Assembly (NCBI GenBank): GCA_000165345.1
Contig: CM000431.1
Coordinates: 608,001-672,000 of the forward strand
Reading direction: 5' to 3'
DNA length: 64,000 nt
The notes beneath the pieces are model-generated. The model was not told the origin of the DNA and ran no database searches. It saw only the letters and a list, made by a program, of their open reading frames with translations. Shown in pieces: positions 20,558-32,636 of the stretch (positions are counted from its first letter, which is position 1; every line of letters begins with the position of its first letter). The translations under genes and the position numbers were made by a program.

Positions 20558-23186
20558 TCAATTTTTTTTTTTGCGAATAGGCCTTTTTTGATGCTCTTTG
20601 TGTTGTTTGGATAAATTGTCAAAGTCATTATACTCAAATAACTCTGATATCTCCTTGGGAATTTCATCAATATTAGCGTTATTTTTGGAATCGGGATCAG
20701 CCGTTTCTTTTATCGTGTTGTCTTCAAAATTGTCCACAATATCTACTCCTTTATCCAAACATTGAAACTTGTGACTGTGAAATTTTCTCTTTTCGCATGT
20801 AAAATAAGATTTTAAGTCATGATCAGCGGTTAAACCTGAATGTGTATTGGATGATAAAATGTTTGAACCATTTTTTCTGCAGTTATTTAAAGATTGAGTA
20901 GATTTAGATAATAATTTAAATGATTCGAGCATTCTAGAAAAAACTCTGCATTTCGAGCCTCTAGATGCCTTAAGGTTCAAATTACAAATTACAACAATAT
21001 AGTTCTCAAGTAAATATTTTAAAATTAACTGAATATTATTTCTGCATATAAAGTCAAGCATTTCAATTACCACGCTTTCCAATATTGAACCCTCTCCTCT
21101 ATTTCTTGGCACCTTTAATTGGTCCATTATTAAGAAAATGTACTTAAAAATATCATGTTTAGTGAATAGACGGTAATAAAAGTCGTCTCGAGTTCCCAGG
21201 CAAGTTCTCAAGAATTTAATAACTGAAATAGAAAAAATTTTATGAAATGGTCGAGTAGCGATACGTAGCAATTTTCTTGGCAATTGATTTTGAAGGATTT
21301 TGTATTTAATTCTGTAGTTGTGTTCTTGTACGCAAGTTGCGAGAATATCGCAAAATAATACTCTTGCAGAATACAATGGATTGAATTCAGTAAAAATTAA
21401 AGAGTCGTTGAGCAAGCTATCTATTAATCTGTCTAGAATGCCCATATCATAAAATAAAGAGAGTGAATCATCTCTTTCTGGAACATCCATAGTCTTAGGG
21501 TCCAATATTCGTTTAAAAATTGCACAAATTTGCATTTGGATGCTCTCACTCCTTGAATTAATAAAAATTTCGCATAGAGTTCCCCATAGTGAATGAAATA
21601 AGTTAGATTTGTCGGATAAATTTTCCATTTCTTTAATGCTTTCTTTTGGACTATTTTGAAGAGCATCATCAGCATATAAAATATCGACATTCGAGCCATA
21701 TATATTAGTTTCTTTATGAACTTTAAAATATTGAGAAGTTGATTCATGAATAGCGTGTCTCAAAAGACCAGGATTAATTTCGCAAACCATTGAATATATT
21801 TCAACTGCTAAATCAATTGGCCTTATATTAGAATAATTTATGAATGATAAATCATTAGTATTTGAAAAATTTTTATGATCATCATTTGAAGTGGATAATT
21901 CTAACATCTGCCTAGCTCCAATACAATTTTCATTTAAATATCCACAAAACTCACATAAAATATTGTTAACTTTAAGATTTATGAATATTTGATGTCGTTC
22001 ATAAATCGAAAGCATTGGGTTTTGTTTTAAAACCGTCAATACTGCATGAATAAATTTTGCAACAAGAAAGTTTTTCTGAATGTTTTCCTTGAGATATTTC
22101 CAAATATCGCTTGTAGTTACGATCATACTAATTATCGATGAAAAATTATTATTAATTATTGTTGCTATTCTTTGAAGGCTTTGCTCATCAAGATGCCTAG
22201 GCATAACAACATCTCTTAAATACATTAACCTATAGTTAAGATGAATTGTTCGAACTTCTGGTAAAGGAACAACACTGTGAAATTTAACATTTTCTAAAAA
22301 CTTCTTGTGAGAAAATTTTATTTTATAATTTTCCAATGTCTCGTCATATTCGCAAGCTTTAAAAAATTTTAAATAATATTCATCGCTTAATAAGATTTCA
22401 AATACTTCATTGAAGCTACTGTAGAAAACTATTATTCTACGAAGTACTTGGAATATTTTATGTAGCCCAATCAAATCAGAATTTTGTTCAAATTCTTCCA
22501 TTAGATTAAAAAGTGAATCAAAAAATTCTCTACTTAATAGATCCATAACAATATTTTCAGAATTAATATTGGAATCAAGTTCTAGATCATCAATTATTTG
22601 ATCTATATTACTTGAAGTTGGCCTCTCTAATAGTGAATAGCCCGTACTTTCTTCTGGTAATTCTGCTTCTAATAGGTCAACGCACAGATGCGGAACTAAA
22701 GAAGTGATCATGTTCCATATTGAATTACAACTTTCTGAATGCTGGAAACTTAATGCCCTGTATAGATCTGAATTTAGTCCATCCTGCCAAGTAATAATAC
22801 TTTCTTTTTGATGGCAATACTCTCGATTCAAGTCAATAGGAGTGTTTACTAATTTAACTATATTATAGTTTTCTATTTCTAGTAAATCCTCAATATTTTT
22901 TCTTTGTGAGTGCAGTTCTTTCTCAAAATTTGGATCTTCGTCACTTAAGACCTAAAAAAGTAAATAAAAAAACGGTTATTTATATTAAGCTTACCAAAAT
23001 ATTAAACTTATCATTATCCTTGTTTAATTTTAAAAAGCCAGTTCCGCAGTCAATCCAGTTACCATTTTCAGGATTTACTTCGTAAAGTTTAACCCTACGG
23101 TATTCCAATGGCCATGCATTAAAACAATAAACTTTATGCTCTGGGATTGAAATGTTTTTTATAGACTCCAGCTCTGAAAAAGCCAT
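20558..23186 (-). CDS. Serine/threonine-protein phosphatase 4 regulatory subunit 3 (PP4R3/SMEK/Psy2). Two exons: complement(22995..23186, 20558..22951).
   Basis: Exon 1 encodes the EVH1/RanBD-like start ...YRRVKLYEVNPENGNWIDCGTGFL (compare [22 protein letters not shown]). A 43-nt intron (GTAAGC...TTTTTAG) joins it in frame to the 798-codon exon 2 (...ESIITWQDGLNSDLYRALSFQ vs DTLIVWSEAENYDLALSFQ). The rest is armadillo-like. Confidence 0.65.
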
Positions 23187-23648
23187 AATTTGTCCATTTT
23201 ATACAGAAATAAATTAACTATGCGGCATGCTTGTAAAAAAAAGGGTGACAAACATTCGAATAAATTATGTGAGATTTTACATTACTTTAATTCGGAAGCT
23301 TTACCATAAATCAGAAGATAATTTTTGGCGTTATATCATAATTTAGCTCAATATAAACTATCCATGAATTCCTACAAGTCTAACAAAAAAACGTATAAAT
23401 AAATACATATTTAAATTGCAATTACACGAAAATAAACTAATTTTAAATTGAAAAATATAGAAAGATAGAAGCTATCTGAAAATATAGTAAATTATCAAAG
23501 CTGGACAATCACTTGAAGCTTTATCGATAAAACTTCTTTCGTTGAGGTGAGCACATTTCGAGAATGTCAATGATCAAAGCATAATGATTTGAGCGGCCCA
23601 AAATCTCATTTGAAAATTTATGTTTAATGAACTAATCACCTAAACGGA

Positions 23649-26600
23649 TTATGAATGATTCTTGTTTTCTAAAAATAGTTTGATCTGATCTTTAAGGCAT
23701 GTCTGAGGTATTAATTCATCCTTTGTAAGAGGAAGCCTATTAAATGGGTCTACGCCATCAGATATCAATATTCTTTCAATTACTTTTCTATCCATTATTT
23801 TTGAAGACGTTGGAAGTAATACAGGATCTTGCATAATATCCTGCATAATTGGGTCCAGAAATTCCTCCGGTATGTCTGTTTCGTCTATATTAGTCATACT
23901 CTGTCCAACTTCATTCTCTTCAAGCTCTTTCTGCAAATATTTGACAAGTTGGTTAAAGCAATCAGATTTACTTTTATTCATCAATCCTTCTCTTCGAGCA
24001 ATATGGTGTGCCTTTACAAAAGTATGAATCTTAAAATACCTCTGTTCATTTATTATTTCCAAAATCAAAATTTTAGAAAAATCTGTCTCCATTGGCTTAC
24101 ATTCAACTTTAGAATTAAATGCAAGAGTGACATAGGTCATGCAAACATTAGCCAATAGTTGCCTGGGATTAAAATTATAAGCATCGAAATTGCTTACTTT
24201 CAGTTCTAAGCACTTTGGTCCCACTAGCCGATCAAGTGTACAATTCAAGCAAGTCACAATTTGAGGCAGTATTAGTGGGGAGTCTAATATTTCAAAAGTA
24301 TAATATTCCGTAATTTTTTGCAATAAACTCGCCGACGCATGTGAAAGTTGCATATAACCTTTGCATGCATGTTCTAATCTTTCTATAGGCATTTCTTCGA
24401 TTGTACTCTCTATTTCTTCATGATTAGAACTTCTTGATTCATTGTTGGAGTTACCAAACTCATTATTATTAATACTAATAGAATTAGGAACTTGATTGCG
24501 CTTTGACTCTCTCTTTTTTATCTCTGCTAGCATTGAAAGTCCCTCCTCAAGTAGATAGTTCAGATCTGAAACGAGTAAATGAATAAATTTAGTAAATGAT
24601 TCATCTCTCTGTTTAATAAATTTATGTAACCTTTCTCTGTGCAAGTCCACTTTTAATAGAGACTCAAATAACATGATAATAGGTAATCTCAACGAGAACC
24701 GATCAAAGTATGGTGACTTTTGTACATCATTGAAAAGAGAAATTAAAGCTGGAAGAATATACTCTGCAGTAAAATCACTAGCTTCTATTCGATGCCTAAA
24801 TTGAGGAATCTGAAGAAGGTAGTGTATCCCAATTACACCTCTTTGGCACCTAATGTGAGGATTTTTGAAATAGTTTCCATAATTTATTATAAAAATAACG
24901 AATGAAATATATGAATCAAAATCGAAACCAATCAAAATTTCGTCGTTGCCCTTAATTCTTAACAATAGCTCAGTAACTGATAATACATCTTCAATTAAGC
25001 AAGATGGGAGCGATGAAAACTGTGGTGAAGGCTTACTAGATGGAGCAGTTGACTTAAGCGCTACTGCGATTCGGCCTTGTTTAGAAGCTAGTAATGTATT
25101 CCTATCACAATTCTCAACCCCATTTTCATCAAAAGAATAAATTGTTCTAAAAATAAATTGAATAAATAGAGATAAAAAATGCCAAAATGCGGAAATAGTG
25201 TTTTGATGGAAAACTGCGCATTCAAATGATAATGCCTCGCAGCTTAATTGCTCAAGATGATGGTCATTCTTATATTTATGCCCAGAAGTGAGTCCGCTTC
25301 TATAGTCATTTAAATCATTTAGAATACTCTCATATTCAAGTAATACTGGCTGCATAAAACATTTGATTGATTTACACGAAATCCAAAATATTTGAGTTGG
25401 GAATTTGATAAAGTCTTGATATTTTAGATTAATTTGATTTAAATCACTCAATTTCTTCTTTGTTAAATTTAATGCAATTTCCACCTGGTCTTTCTCGCCA
25501 AGAGTTGCATCATTTACTAAATCTCCTAAAAGATTATGAACCTCATTGCAAATATCATTTAATTGGTTAAATCTCCCGTACATATGAAAAAAACAGTCTA
25601 GTTCTGAAACCTTTTCAATCTTAACTGGCTGTAATAGTCTCAACACTATGTGTAAATAATTAATTGAAAATCCACTCGTTGAAAGACCAGAAGTTCTCAT
25701 TATTAGAGAGCGTAAGTTGTGTTGAATTTCTCGTGAATTTTGGATATTTCCAAACATTGACAAATCTGGTATTGAATTGTATATTTTTGATTTATCTTCA
25801 TTTGAAGTACATATAATGCCCATCCATTTTATTACCATTCTTCTACATTCTGTGCTTGCTTTAAGCATATTTTTTATTACTAGAGCTGAATGTTCATATA
25901 CCAACGAAAGATCTTGTTTAATCAGCATCTTACTTTGATTGATATAAGAATGAGTCTTAGATAACAATCCTGAAAAATATTTCATAATGGTAGGGTTTAC
26001 ATTTGTTTTGAAATCTTTGTCTATTGGATTTGGGCTAATAATACAACCCAAGAGAGAGTTTTGCTGTTGAACCAAACCTGATGATACCTTCGTTCCTTGA
26101 TTTGTATTAGATGACTTAATAAATGAGGGGGTTTGTGTTAAAATAAATGTAGTTTGTTTGAATTGGCTGAGAAAGATAATATTTTTTATTGAATGAAGCT
26201 TTAAGTCAGTAAATTTTCTTTGTCTAATAATATCCATTTGTCTCTCAATATAGTCGGTGAAGGTAGAAACAAATAATTTAGGATCGTTACTTTCCATTTC
26301 TTGTATCAATGTGAGAAAAAATGAATTTGGAACTGAAATTTCAAATAGATCTGAGATTGCACACTCACTGTTACATACTATTTCGAAAAGTTCAGGGCAC
26401 TGAATTATTAATGCACAATATTTGGGGAAAAATTGAGCAAGGTTTGAAATCCTTTCATTAATTTCGATTTTCTTAGGAATTGAGCTCTCATTAATAAATT
26501 TGTTATATGAATCGATCAAAAACTGAAATGCTTTAATTCTAGGTTTATTATCTGTTGTCGAGAAAAAAATTTTCAATCTATGGAAGATAATATTCTCGAG

Positions 26601-26774
26601 ATCATCGAATAATAGTGCAACCTTCTTTTCTTGAATTAACAATTCATTCTTGTAATCACTCAAAAATATCCGCTTTGTTGATGGATTTTCAACGGGGTTG
26701 TCAGTACAAATCAGTGAAACCCCAAGAAGAGCACCAATGAGTGAATTTTCAATTTCCTCCTGATTAGTTAACAT
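23649..26774 (-). CDS. UFD2: Ubiquitin conjugation factor E4 (UFD2/UBE4) with a C-terminal U-box.
   Basis: The 1041-aa ORF ends with the U-box EEFLDPIMQDIMQDPVLLPTSSKIMDRKVIERILISDGVDPFNRLPLTKDEL. The upstream part is a UFD2 core-like helical domain. Confidence 0.85.
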   Translation of the reverse strand: MLTNQEEIENSLIGALLGVSLICTDNPVENPSTKRIFLSDYKNELLIQEKKVALLFDDLENIIFHRLKIFFSTTDNKPRIKAFQFLIDSYNKFINESSIPKKIEINERISNLAQFFPKYCALIIQCPELFEIVCNSECAISDLFEISVPNSFFLTLIQEMESNDPKLFVSTFTDYIERQMDIIRQRKFTDLKLHSIKNIIFLSQFKQTTFILTQTPSFIKSSNTNQGTKVSSGLVQQQNSLLGCIISPNPIDKDFKTNVNPTIMKYFSGLLSKTHSYINQSKMLIKQDLSLVYEHSALVIKNMLKASTECRRMVIKWMGIICTSNEDKSKIYNSIPDLSMFGNIQNSREIQHNLRSLIMRTSGLSTSGFSINYLHIVLRLLQPVKIEKVSELDCFFHMYGRFNQLNDICNEVHNLLGDLVNDATLGEKDQVEIALNLTKKKLSDLNQINLKYQDFIKFPTQIFWISCKSIKCFMQPVLLEYESILNDLNDYRSGLTSGHKYKNDHHLEQLSCEALSFECAVFHQNTISAFWHFLSLFIQFIFRTIYSFDENGVENCDRNTLLASKQGRIAVALKSTAPSSKPSPQFSSLPSCLIEDVLSVTELLLRIKGNDEILIGFDFDSYISFVIFIINYGNYFKNPHIRCQRGVIGIHYLLQIPQFRHRIEASDFTAEYILPALISLFNDVQKSPYFDRFSLRLPIIMLFESLLKVDLHRERLHKFIKQRDESFTKFIHLLVSDLNYLLEEGLSMLAEIKKRESKRNQVPNSISINNNEFGNSNNESRSSNHEEIESTIEEMPIERLEHACKGYMQLSHASASLLQKITEYYTFEILDSPLILPQIVTCLNCTLDRLVGPKCLELKVSNFDAYNFNPRQLLANVCMTYVTLAFNSKVECKPMETDFSKILILEIINEQRYFKIHTFVKAHHIARREGLMNKSKSDCFNQLVKYLQKELEENEVGQSMTNIDETDIPEEFLDPIMQDIMQDPVLLPTSSKIMDRKVIERILISDGVDPFNRLPLTKDELIPQTCLKDQIKLFLENKNHS

Positions 26775-27277
26775 AGAAATTAATTTCTATTTTACATAAT
26801 TAAATCCTGCGCGCAAAAAAAAAAGAGAAAAAAAAAAAAAGAAAAAACATAGCTTTACTATTAATTTATTTTTCTAAAAAATGTCTTGGTGTTTATTAGT
26901 CAATCCCAATTATTTAATGAACTAATACATTGGAAATTATTTAAAATATAGAACACTAGTGATTAAGTTAAATTAAAAATTAAAGGAAATCACTAAATCT
27001 CATATCTAACTTAAATATTGATTTAATTTTGATATATTATTTATTCACCTGAAATTTTAAATTTGTAAAACACGTAATTAAAAAAATAGTGGCTACCGCT
27101 AATGCATTGTGACGTGCAATTAATAATTAACACGTAAATAAGATTTTTTACCCCTTTCCTTCATCGCTATTAATTTGAAAAGAATGTGTAATTGTGAATA
27201 ATATGTAAGTTTTGTGATAGTTTTGTGGTTTGATATACTCTTATTTAAAACAAGTAATGAGAACTTAAATAAAAAAA

Positions 27278-28640
27278 ATGAGTGTAAATAAAAATATTTT
27301 ATTCCCATGTATGAAAAAGGCGGAATGCAACATCTTTTGTCCAAATGAAGTTTTGAGAGAAAATATTAACTCTTATGGATCTATAGAAATTATGGATAAA
27401 ATATCAATTTTTCACATTCCTAGTCCACAAAATAACCAAAAGCCAAAAAAAATATTCGTTACTAGAAAAGAATGCTGTAAACTACTTGATATTTCAATAG
27501 ATGAATATTTATTCATTAATCAAAATTTGTGTGGATTGAAACCAATAATTAAATGCACTGGAAAGATCATTATTAAAATGTCCGTTACAAGTGTTATCAT
27601 TGCATGCAAAGATGTTTGGATTCTTAATCCGGAAAATAGCAAAACATTAGAGATCATTGAAAGGCTATTAGAGTGCACAGGATATAATATTTCGGTAGAC
27701 AACAACACTCCCAGTACAAAAGTTTCATTTGCAGATGGTATCAGCAAAGAATTCATTTCTCCTTTGGTAGAAAATTATAATTATAATTCTAGTTTAGAAT
27801 GTACTCGCAATAATTTTGAAGAAACAGAACATGCACTTTCGAGCTCAATATTAAGTACATTTACTGATATAAATACTTTGGATAATTCACATGAGTATAA
27901 AAGACAGGAATCAATCGAATGCTCTATTTCAAGTGCTACCCAAGAAAAGAATATTGATATCTACAATTACAGGTTTATTCCCACAATCAACAAAGATTAT
28001 TACTCTCATTCATTTGCTGCTGTATGCATAGAGATAGGATTAGAAGTACTAAATAAAGAATTAATTGAAAGTATTAATTGCACAAAAAATGAAGTACTAA
28101 AAAGTTGTAATATATTAATAAAGAGCAGTAAATGGTACAAATACCCTTGGAGATTTACCTTTAGTGACTTTACAAATAAAAAAATGATATCTAAGTCAGT
28201 AAACGTAAGTTTTTTCTCGTAGATTAACAATATATTGATTCCATATTTAGACGTTAGAAATTACCACTTCTATATTAATAGATTGCTTAAAGGAAATTTT
28301 GGAAGAGATTAAACAAATTAGACAAAAAGATGGAGACGAATTAGTTATTTGTATTGAAGAATGGGAAGACATTTTACACCGTTACATCCCAGCAATATAC
28401 TTGGCATCCAAAGAATTAACAGAAGTCAAATCCTCAATTACATTCAGTGACGAATTGTCAAAGGTATATCTCGACTTCCAGAGAAACGAATACATGTACA
28501 CAAACTTAAAGATCTCGCTACTTACATTATCGTGTAGCATCACCTCAGTAATTACAGGTAAGAGTGATTTTGCAAATATTAATAAAAAGTTAATTAGCCT
28601 CACAAGGAATATTCGGAATGAATCTTCTCAGTGGAATTGA
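27278..28640 (+). CDS. Hypothetical protein. Two exons: 27278..28204, 28251..28640.
   Basis: Track ORFs 27278..28222 and 28299..28640 are joined by a 46-nt intron (GTAAGT...ATTTAG), phase 0. The first ORF's apparent stop lies inside the intron. I recognise no family. Confidence 0.4.
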
Positions 28641-28890
28641 ACACGACCCTATAGCTTGGTACGTCGTCACATTCTTAGTTGTCACCCCAATAATATTATG
28701 GGGAGTGAGTTGTTGGTTTACAGGAGCGATGTGTAAACGCGAAATAAACTACATAAGCCACAACCAAAAGGGAAGATAAAAAAAAAAATTAGAATACACT
28801 AGAATAATAGTGCTTGGGTGAATATCAAACTATTTGTGGTCATTCAATATTAATACAGACTCCCACAAAAATACTACGGTAGAATAGATT

Positions 28891-29352
28891 TTACCTTTTC
28901 TTTGCAGCTGCGGCTGCCCTGCTACCACGGCCAGTAGTTTTAGTATGCTGGCCTCTAACTCTAACACCCCAATGGTGACGAAGACCCCTATGGCTTCTAA
29001 TCTTCTTAAGACGCTCCAAATCCTCACGTAGAGATGCTTCTAGATTGTTTGAAGTAATATGCTTATATTTCCCATCCTTGACATCTTTTTGTCTATTAAG
29101 CATGTAAGAGGGAATGTTAAACTGCAGAGGATTTGCTACAATTGCTACAATTCTGTTAATTTCTTCTTGAGATAACTGCCCTGCTCTCTTCGAGAGATTT
29201 ACATCGGCTTTTTTACAAACAATATTCGAAAAGCGTCTACCGATACCTTTGATTGCTGTAAGAGCATACATAATTTTTTGACGCCCATCAACATTCGTAT
29301 TCATAATACGAAGGATGTGCTGAAAATCTTGATCCATTATTTGCAGTGACAT
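28891..29352 (-). CDS. RPS18: 40S ribosomal protein S18 (uS13).
   Basis: The 153-aa ORF ([40 protein letters not shown]...[29 protein letters not shown]) is near-identical in pattern to eukaryotic S18. Confidence 0.9.
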   Translation of the reverse strand: MSLQIMDQDFQHILRIMNTNVDGRQKIMYALTAIKGIGRRFSNIVCKKADVNLSKRAGQLSQEEINRIVAIVANPLQFNIPSYMLNRQKDVKDGKYKHITSNNLEASLREDLERLKKIRSHRGLRHHWGVRVRGQHTKTTGRGSRAAAAAKKR

Positions 29353-29683
29353 CTTTCAAAAATATCGAATAAAACTGAAGTTTCAATAACTGGAGACGAA
29401 AGAAAAATCACGTCTTAGCGCAAAATGTCTAATTTAAATGCTAAACCCGCATTTTGTTGGCGCCATCCTCAAAATTATAAATTATGAACATGCTTAAGTG
29501 GCATGTACTTTACTTGGATGAAGAAAAACATTATATTGTTAAAATTCGGCTTATACTTATTTGGGGTACTATGTTAGCCTACCTTCTTATTAACTTGCTT
29601 TAAATCTTAAGTTATTTGATTCCAATAAAATTTTTAGTCGCGTCATTGTTATAAAATAAATAAATCTATAAATTATTATTAAA

Positions 29684-31213
29684 ATGGATCAAGAATTAGG
29701 GTTATCAAGTGGTACAAATACACATCATATTGAGCTATCAATTTATTTAGGATCCATAAGTGTTACAATTAGTGATGATAATCAAGTTAATTGTAGGTTT
29801 TTCTCACTTACAGTTGATATTGAACCATCATTTAATTTAGAAAACAGTTTACAGGAAATTAATACACAAACACAGAACATTTTTGATTATAATGATTCAG
29901 AGATAGATGATTGTGAGAAAACTCAGTTTTGTACTAGTTGGTATGAAATAACAGATGCTCCATTACATGCAACCTATGGTATATTTTCTAGTGAAATTAA
30001 TGGCATTATTAAAGAGTGCAATATAAACCAAGATATATATTTAAATCTGAAGTTGCCTATATGGGTTTCAAATATGGCAAAACAATTTTATAATGCATAC
30101 AACCAAATTGGCTTTGAAAACTTTCTATTAACAGTTCTTCAGTTAAGAATCACAATCTGGGCTACAAAAAATTCAACTATTGAATCAGCTGAAATATTTG
30201 AAGTTGGTGAAACAATTATCAAAGTTTCTGAGGATCACATATTATCAAAAAATTCATTTTATTTTATACATAGAATTCCTGAGCATGACGCTTTTGCTAT
30301 TAAGGAATATTCTGGAAACGACAAAGAATACACAATTGGTATTCTTAAATGTTTTTTTAACTCCAGGCCCGTAATAATAAAAAACATTAATAATAATTTA
30401 ATAGATATTTGTAAAAATAACGCAACACCTTGCGATTTTTCAAAAGAAAATTTTGAATTAATTCAGAAATTGCGAATTAGTCAAGAAAATGTTCGAATGC
30501 AGCTTCATGATATTGTTCCTTTGAAATGGGAATATTTAGATGATAATAATGTAATCAGAGGGCCATATAATAGCATTGTTATGATGAGTTGGATAGTAAA
30601 AGGGTACTTTGGAGAAAATAGCAAATTACGTTTATTTGATTTTGGTCAAGAGTGCAAAATTGAAAGTACTACTCCAAGATGTTTACAAAAGTTTCAACCT
30701 TTGAGCAATTACCTATCTTTGATTAAATCAGATGTGTCTAGAATATTTAGATGCTCACCTAATGATTTAATAAACATTGGCTTAATAGTTAAAGAGCCTA
30801 ATCATGAAAACATGAATTTACATACTGTGGAAATGACTAATAAATCAAGTGCACGAGAAGAAAATGCAAGATTTATTCACAAATCCCAGGAAAGCAAAAG
30901 AATTGAAATTGAAAACGCAGTAAATATGCTGAAAACCCAATTTTCACATATTGAAAAAGAATTTCAAAATAAGTTTAGAAGAAAAGTGCAAAATAAAAGT
31001 ATGGATAACAATTTTTCCTTGGAAGCAACAAATATAAGTAAGGACGAGTTTATAAAATTTGCAACAAAAAATGTATTTAGACAAAAAAATAATGCTTTAT
31101 TCAAAAAATGGTGCGCAGAATATGGGCCTGAATTAGTGTTAGAAGCATGCGCAATTAGGATTCAAACCGCATTTCGCAAATACATTAAAAGAAGATATTT
31201 AAATGTAAAATGA
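29684..31213 (+). CDS. Hypothetical protein with a C-terminal IQ calmodulin-binding motif.
   Basis: 509-aa ORF with the IQ motif AIRIQTAFRKYIKRRYL near the C-terminus. No other recognisable domain. Confidence 0.4.
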   Translation: MDQELGLSSGTNTHHIELSIYLGSISVTISDDNQVNCRFFSLTVDIEPSFNLENSLQEINTQTQNIFDYNDSEIDDCEKTQFCTSWYEITDAPLHATYGIFSSEINGIIKECNINQDIYLNLKLPIWVSNMAKQFYNAYNQIGFENFLLTVLQLRITIWATKNSTIESAEIFEVGETIIKVSEDHILSKNSFYFIHRIPEHDAFAIKEYSGNDKEYTIGILKCFFNSRPVIIKNINNNLIDICKNNATPCDFSKENFELIQKLRISQENVRMQLHDIVPLKWEYLDDNNVIRGPYNSIVMMSWIVKGYFGENSKLRLFDFGQECKIESTTPRCLQKFQPLSNYLSLIKSDVSRIFRCSPNDLINIGLIVKEPNHENMNLHTVEMTNKSSAREENARFIHKSQESKRIEIENAVNMLKTQFSHIEKEFQNKFRRKVQNKSMDNNFSLEATNISKDEFIKFATKNVFRQKNNALFKKWCAEYGPELVLEACAIRIQTAFRKYIKRRYLNVK

Positions 31214-31237
31214 GAATTACATCATATATTTAAAAAA

Positions 31238-32435
31238 TTGTGCCTAATAATGAATACTATTCGACCGAATTATGGATTTATCAACTCAAGCTTTTCAAAG
31301 ACATGTATACAAAGCGTATTTAGAACAAGTAGGGGGATATGTAAAATGAACTTTAAACACTATATTAAGTTGTATAGAATTAACAACCCCACGGGATTTT
31401 GGCTTCTCTTTATTCCTACTTTTGGGAGCTTGACCCTTGCATCTAACTCATTGCTACCAAAAGCGAACATTACCGCATTGTTTGCACTTGGGTCAGTAGC
31501 TTCTAGGAGCGCAGGATGCGTAATAAATGATTTGGCAGATCGCCAATTTGATTCAAAGGTTGTTTTCCATACTTTCTTTATTCATTATCATCTGCTTTCA
31601 GGTTGAGAGAACAAAGAATAGACCGCTTGCTAACGGAGAAATGGCTTTTACCAAAGGTAAATTACACAAGTTTGGTTTTACTATTTTCATTCTAGTTTAG
31701 CGCTAATTGCTCTCATTGGGTCTTCTACAACTTCAGCGATTGTTTTGTCTAGACTTAACAGATACACAATTTATTTAGGTATTCCTTCTGTATTCTTAAT
31801 AGCAGCATACCCTTTTATGAAAAGGATAACGCATTACCCCCAGCTATTTCTAGGTTTTACATTTAATTGGGGCGTATTGCTTGCTTGGACCTCTATATAT
31901 GGTTGTATTAACCCATATCGGAGCTCGTGGTTATGTCCGATTTCATATTACCTTTCTTCTGTTTGTTGGAGCGTACATTATGATACAATCTATGCGCATC
32001 AAGATAGGTTATTTGACAAACAAATTGGATTGTTCTCGACTGCATTAAAATGGTGAGTATTTTTACCTCAATTATTCTTTATATCTCCCTTAGGAATGAA
32101 GCTACAGGAAGTCGTTTGTTTATCAATGCAATAGTTTCTGGAATATTTGCGTCATCTGCAGGCATATTTGCAAATTTAGGAGTAAGTTTCAATTACTTTG
32201 TAAAGAATGTTAATCCAAAAAGCTGGAATACCAGTTCTCTGTACTTTTATATACAGCTCATTTAATTTACCAAAGTAAAGCTACAAATTTCTTTTCCGAA
32301 CAAGATTGCAGGAAACAATTTATTATGAGTAAATATTCTGGAGTAGTGCTACTTTTAGGAATAATATTTTCTAAATATAAAGCAAGTAAAAAGCATTCCA
32401 ATAAGAGGGACTCAAATACTTTGCACAAAGGCTGA
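31238..32435 (+). CDS. COQ2: 4-hydroxybenzoate polyprenyltransferase (COQ2, UbiA family). Five exons: 31238..31558, 31602..31656, 31701..32052, 32094..32181, 32223..32435.
   Basis: Three track fragments plus two unlisted exons are joined by introns of 43, 44, 41 and 41 nt, with donors GTTGTT (non-consensus), GTAAAT, GTGAGT and GTAAGT. The spliced product aligns residue-for-residue with COQ2: NDLADRQFDSKVERTKNRPLANGE (NDxxDxxxD motif), YPFMKRITHYPQLFLGFTFNWG and YDTIYAHQDR. The C-terminus is HLIYQSKATNFFSEQDCRKQF (compare [21 protein letters not shown]). The start codon is uncertain. Confidence 0.65.
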
Positions 32436-32636
32436 TAAACTATGAACGAATTACAAATAAATTTCAGCAAAATGCTATTCCAATAGTTTGTTTTGAAAAA
32501 TTTTTTTCTCTAAACATTTTCTATACGAATGCCCACGTCTACAGAGAGAATTAAAAAAAAAAATACAAGCCAGGATTGGGGTAAGTTACTTTCCGATTAA
32601 TAATAAAATATTTTACTTTATAAAGAACCTGGTTCA

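Noticed and set aside
26800-26860. Long A-rich tract (aaaaaaaaaagagaaaaaaaaaaaaagaaaaaa) in the UFD2 / hypothetical-gene divergent spacer; similar A14 at about 870..885 and T11 at about 20565..20576.
   Set aside because: These are simple homopolymers typical of AT-rich intergenic DNA. There is no evidence of function beyond possible nucleosome exclusion.
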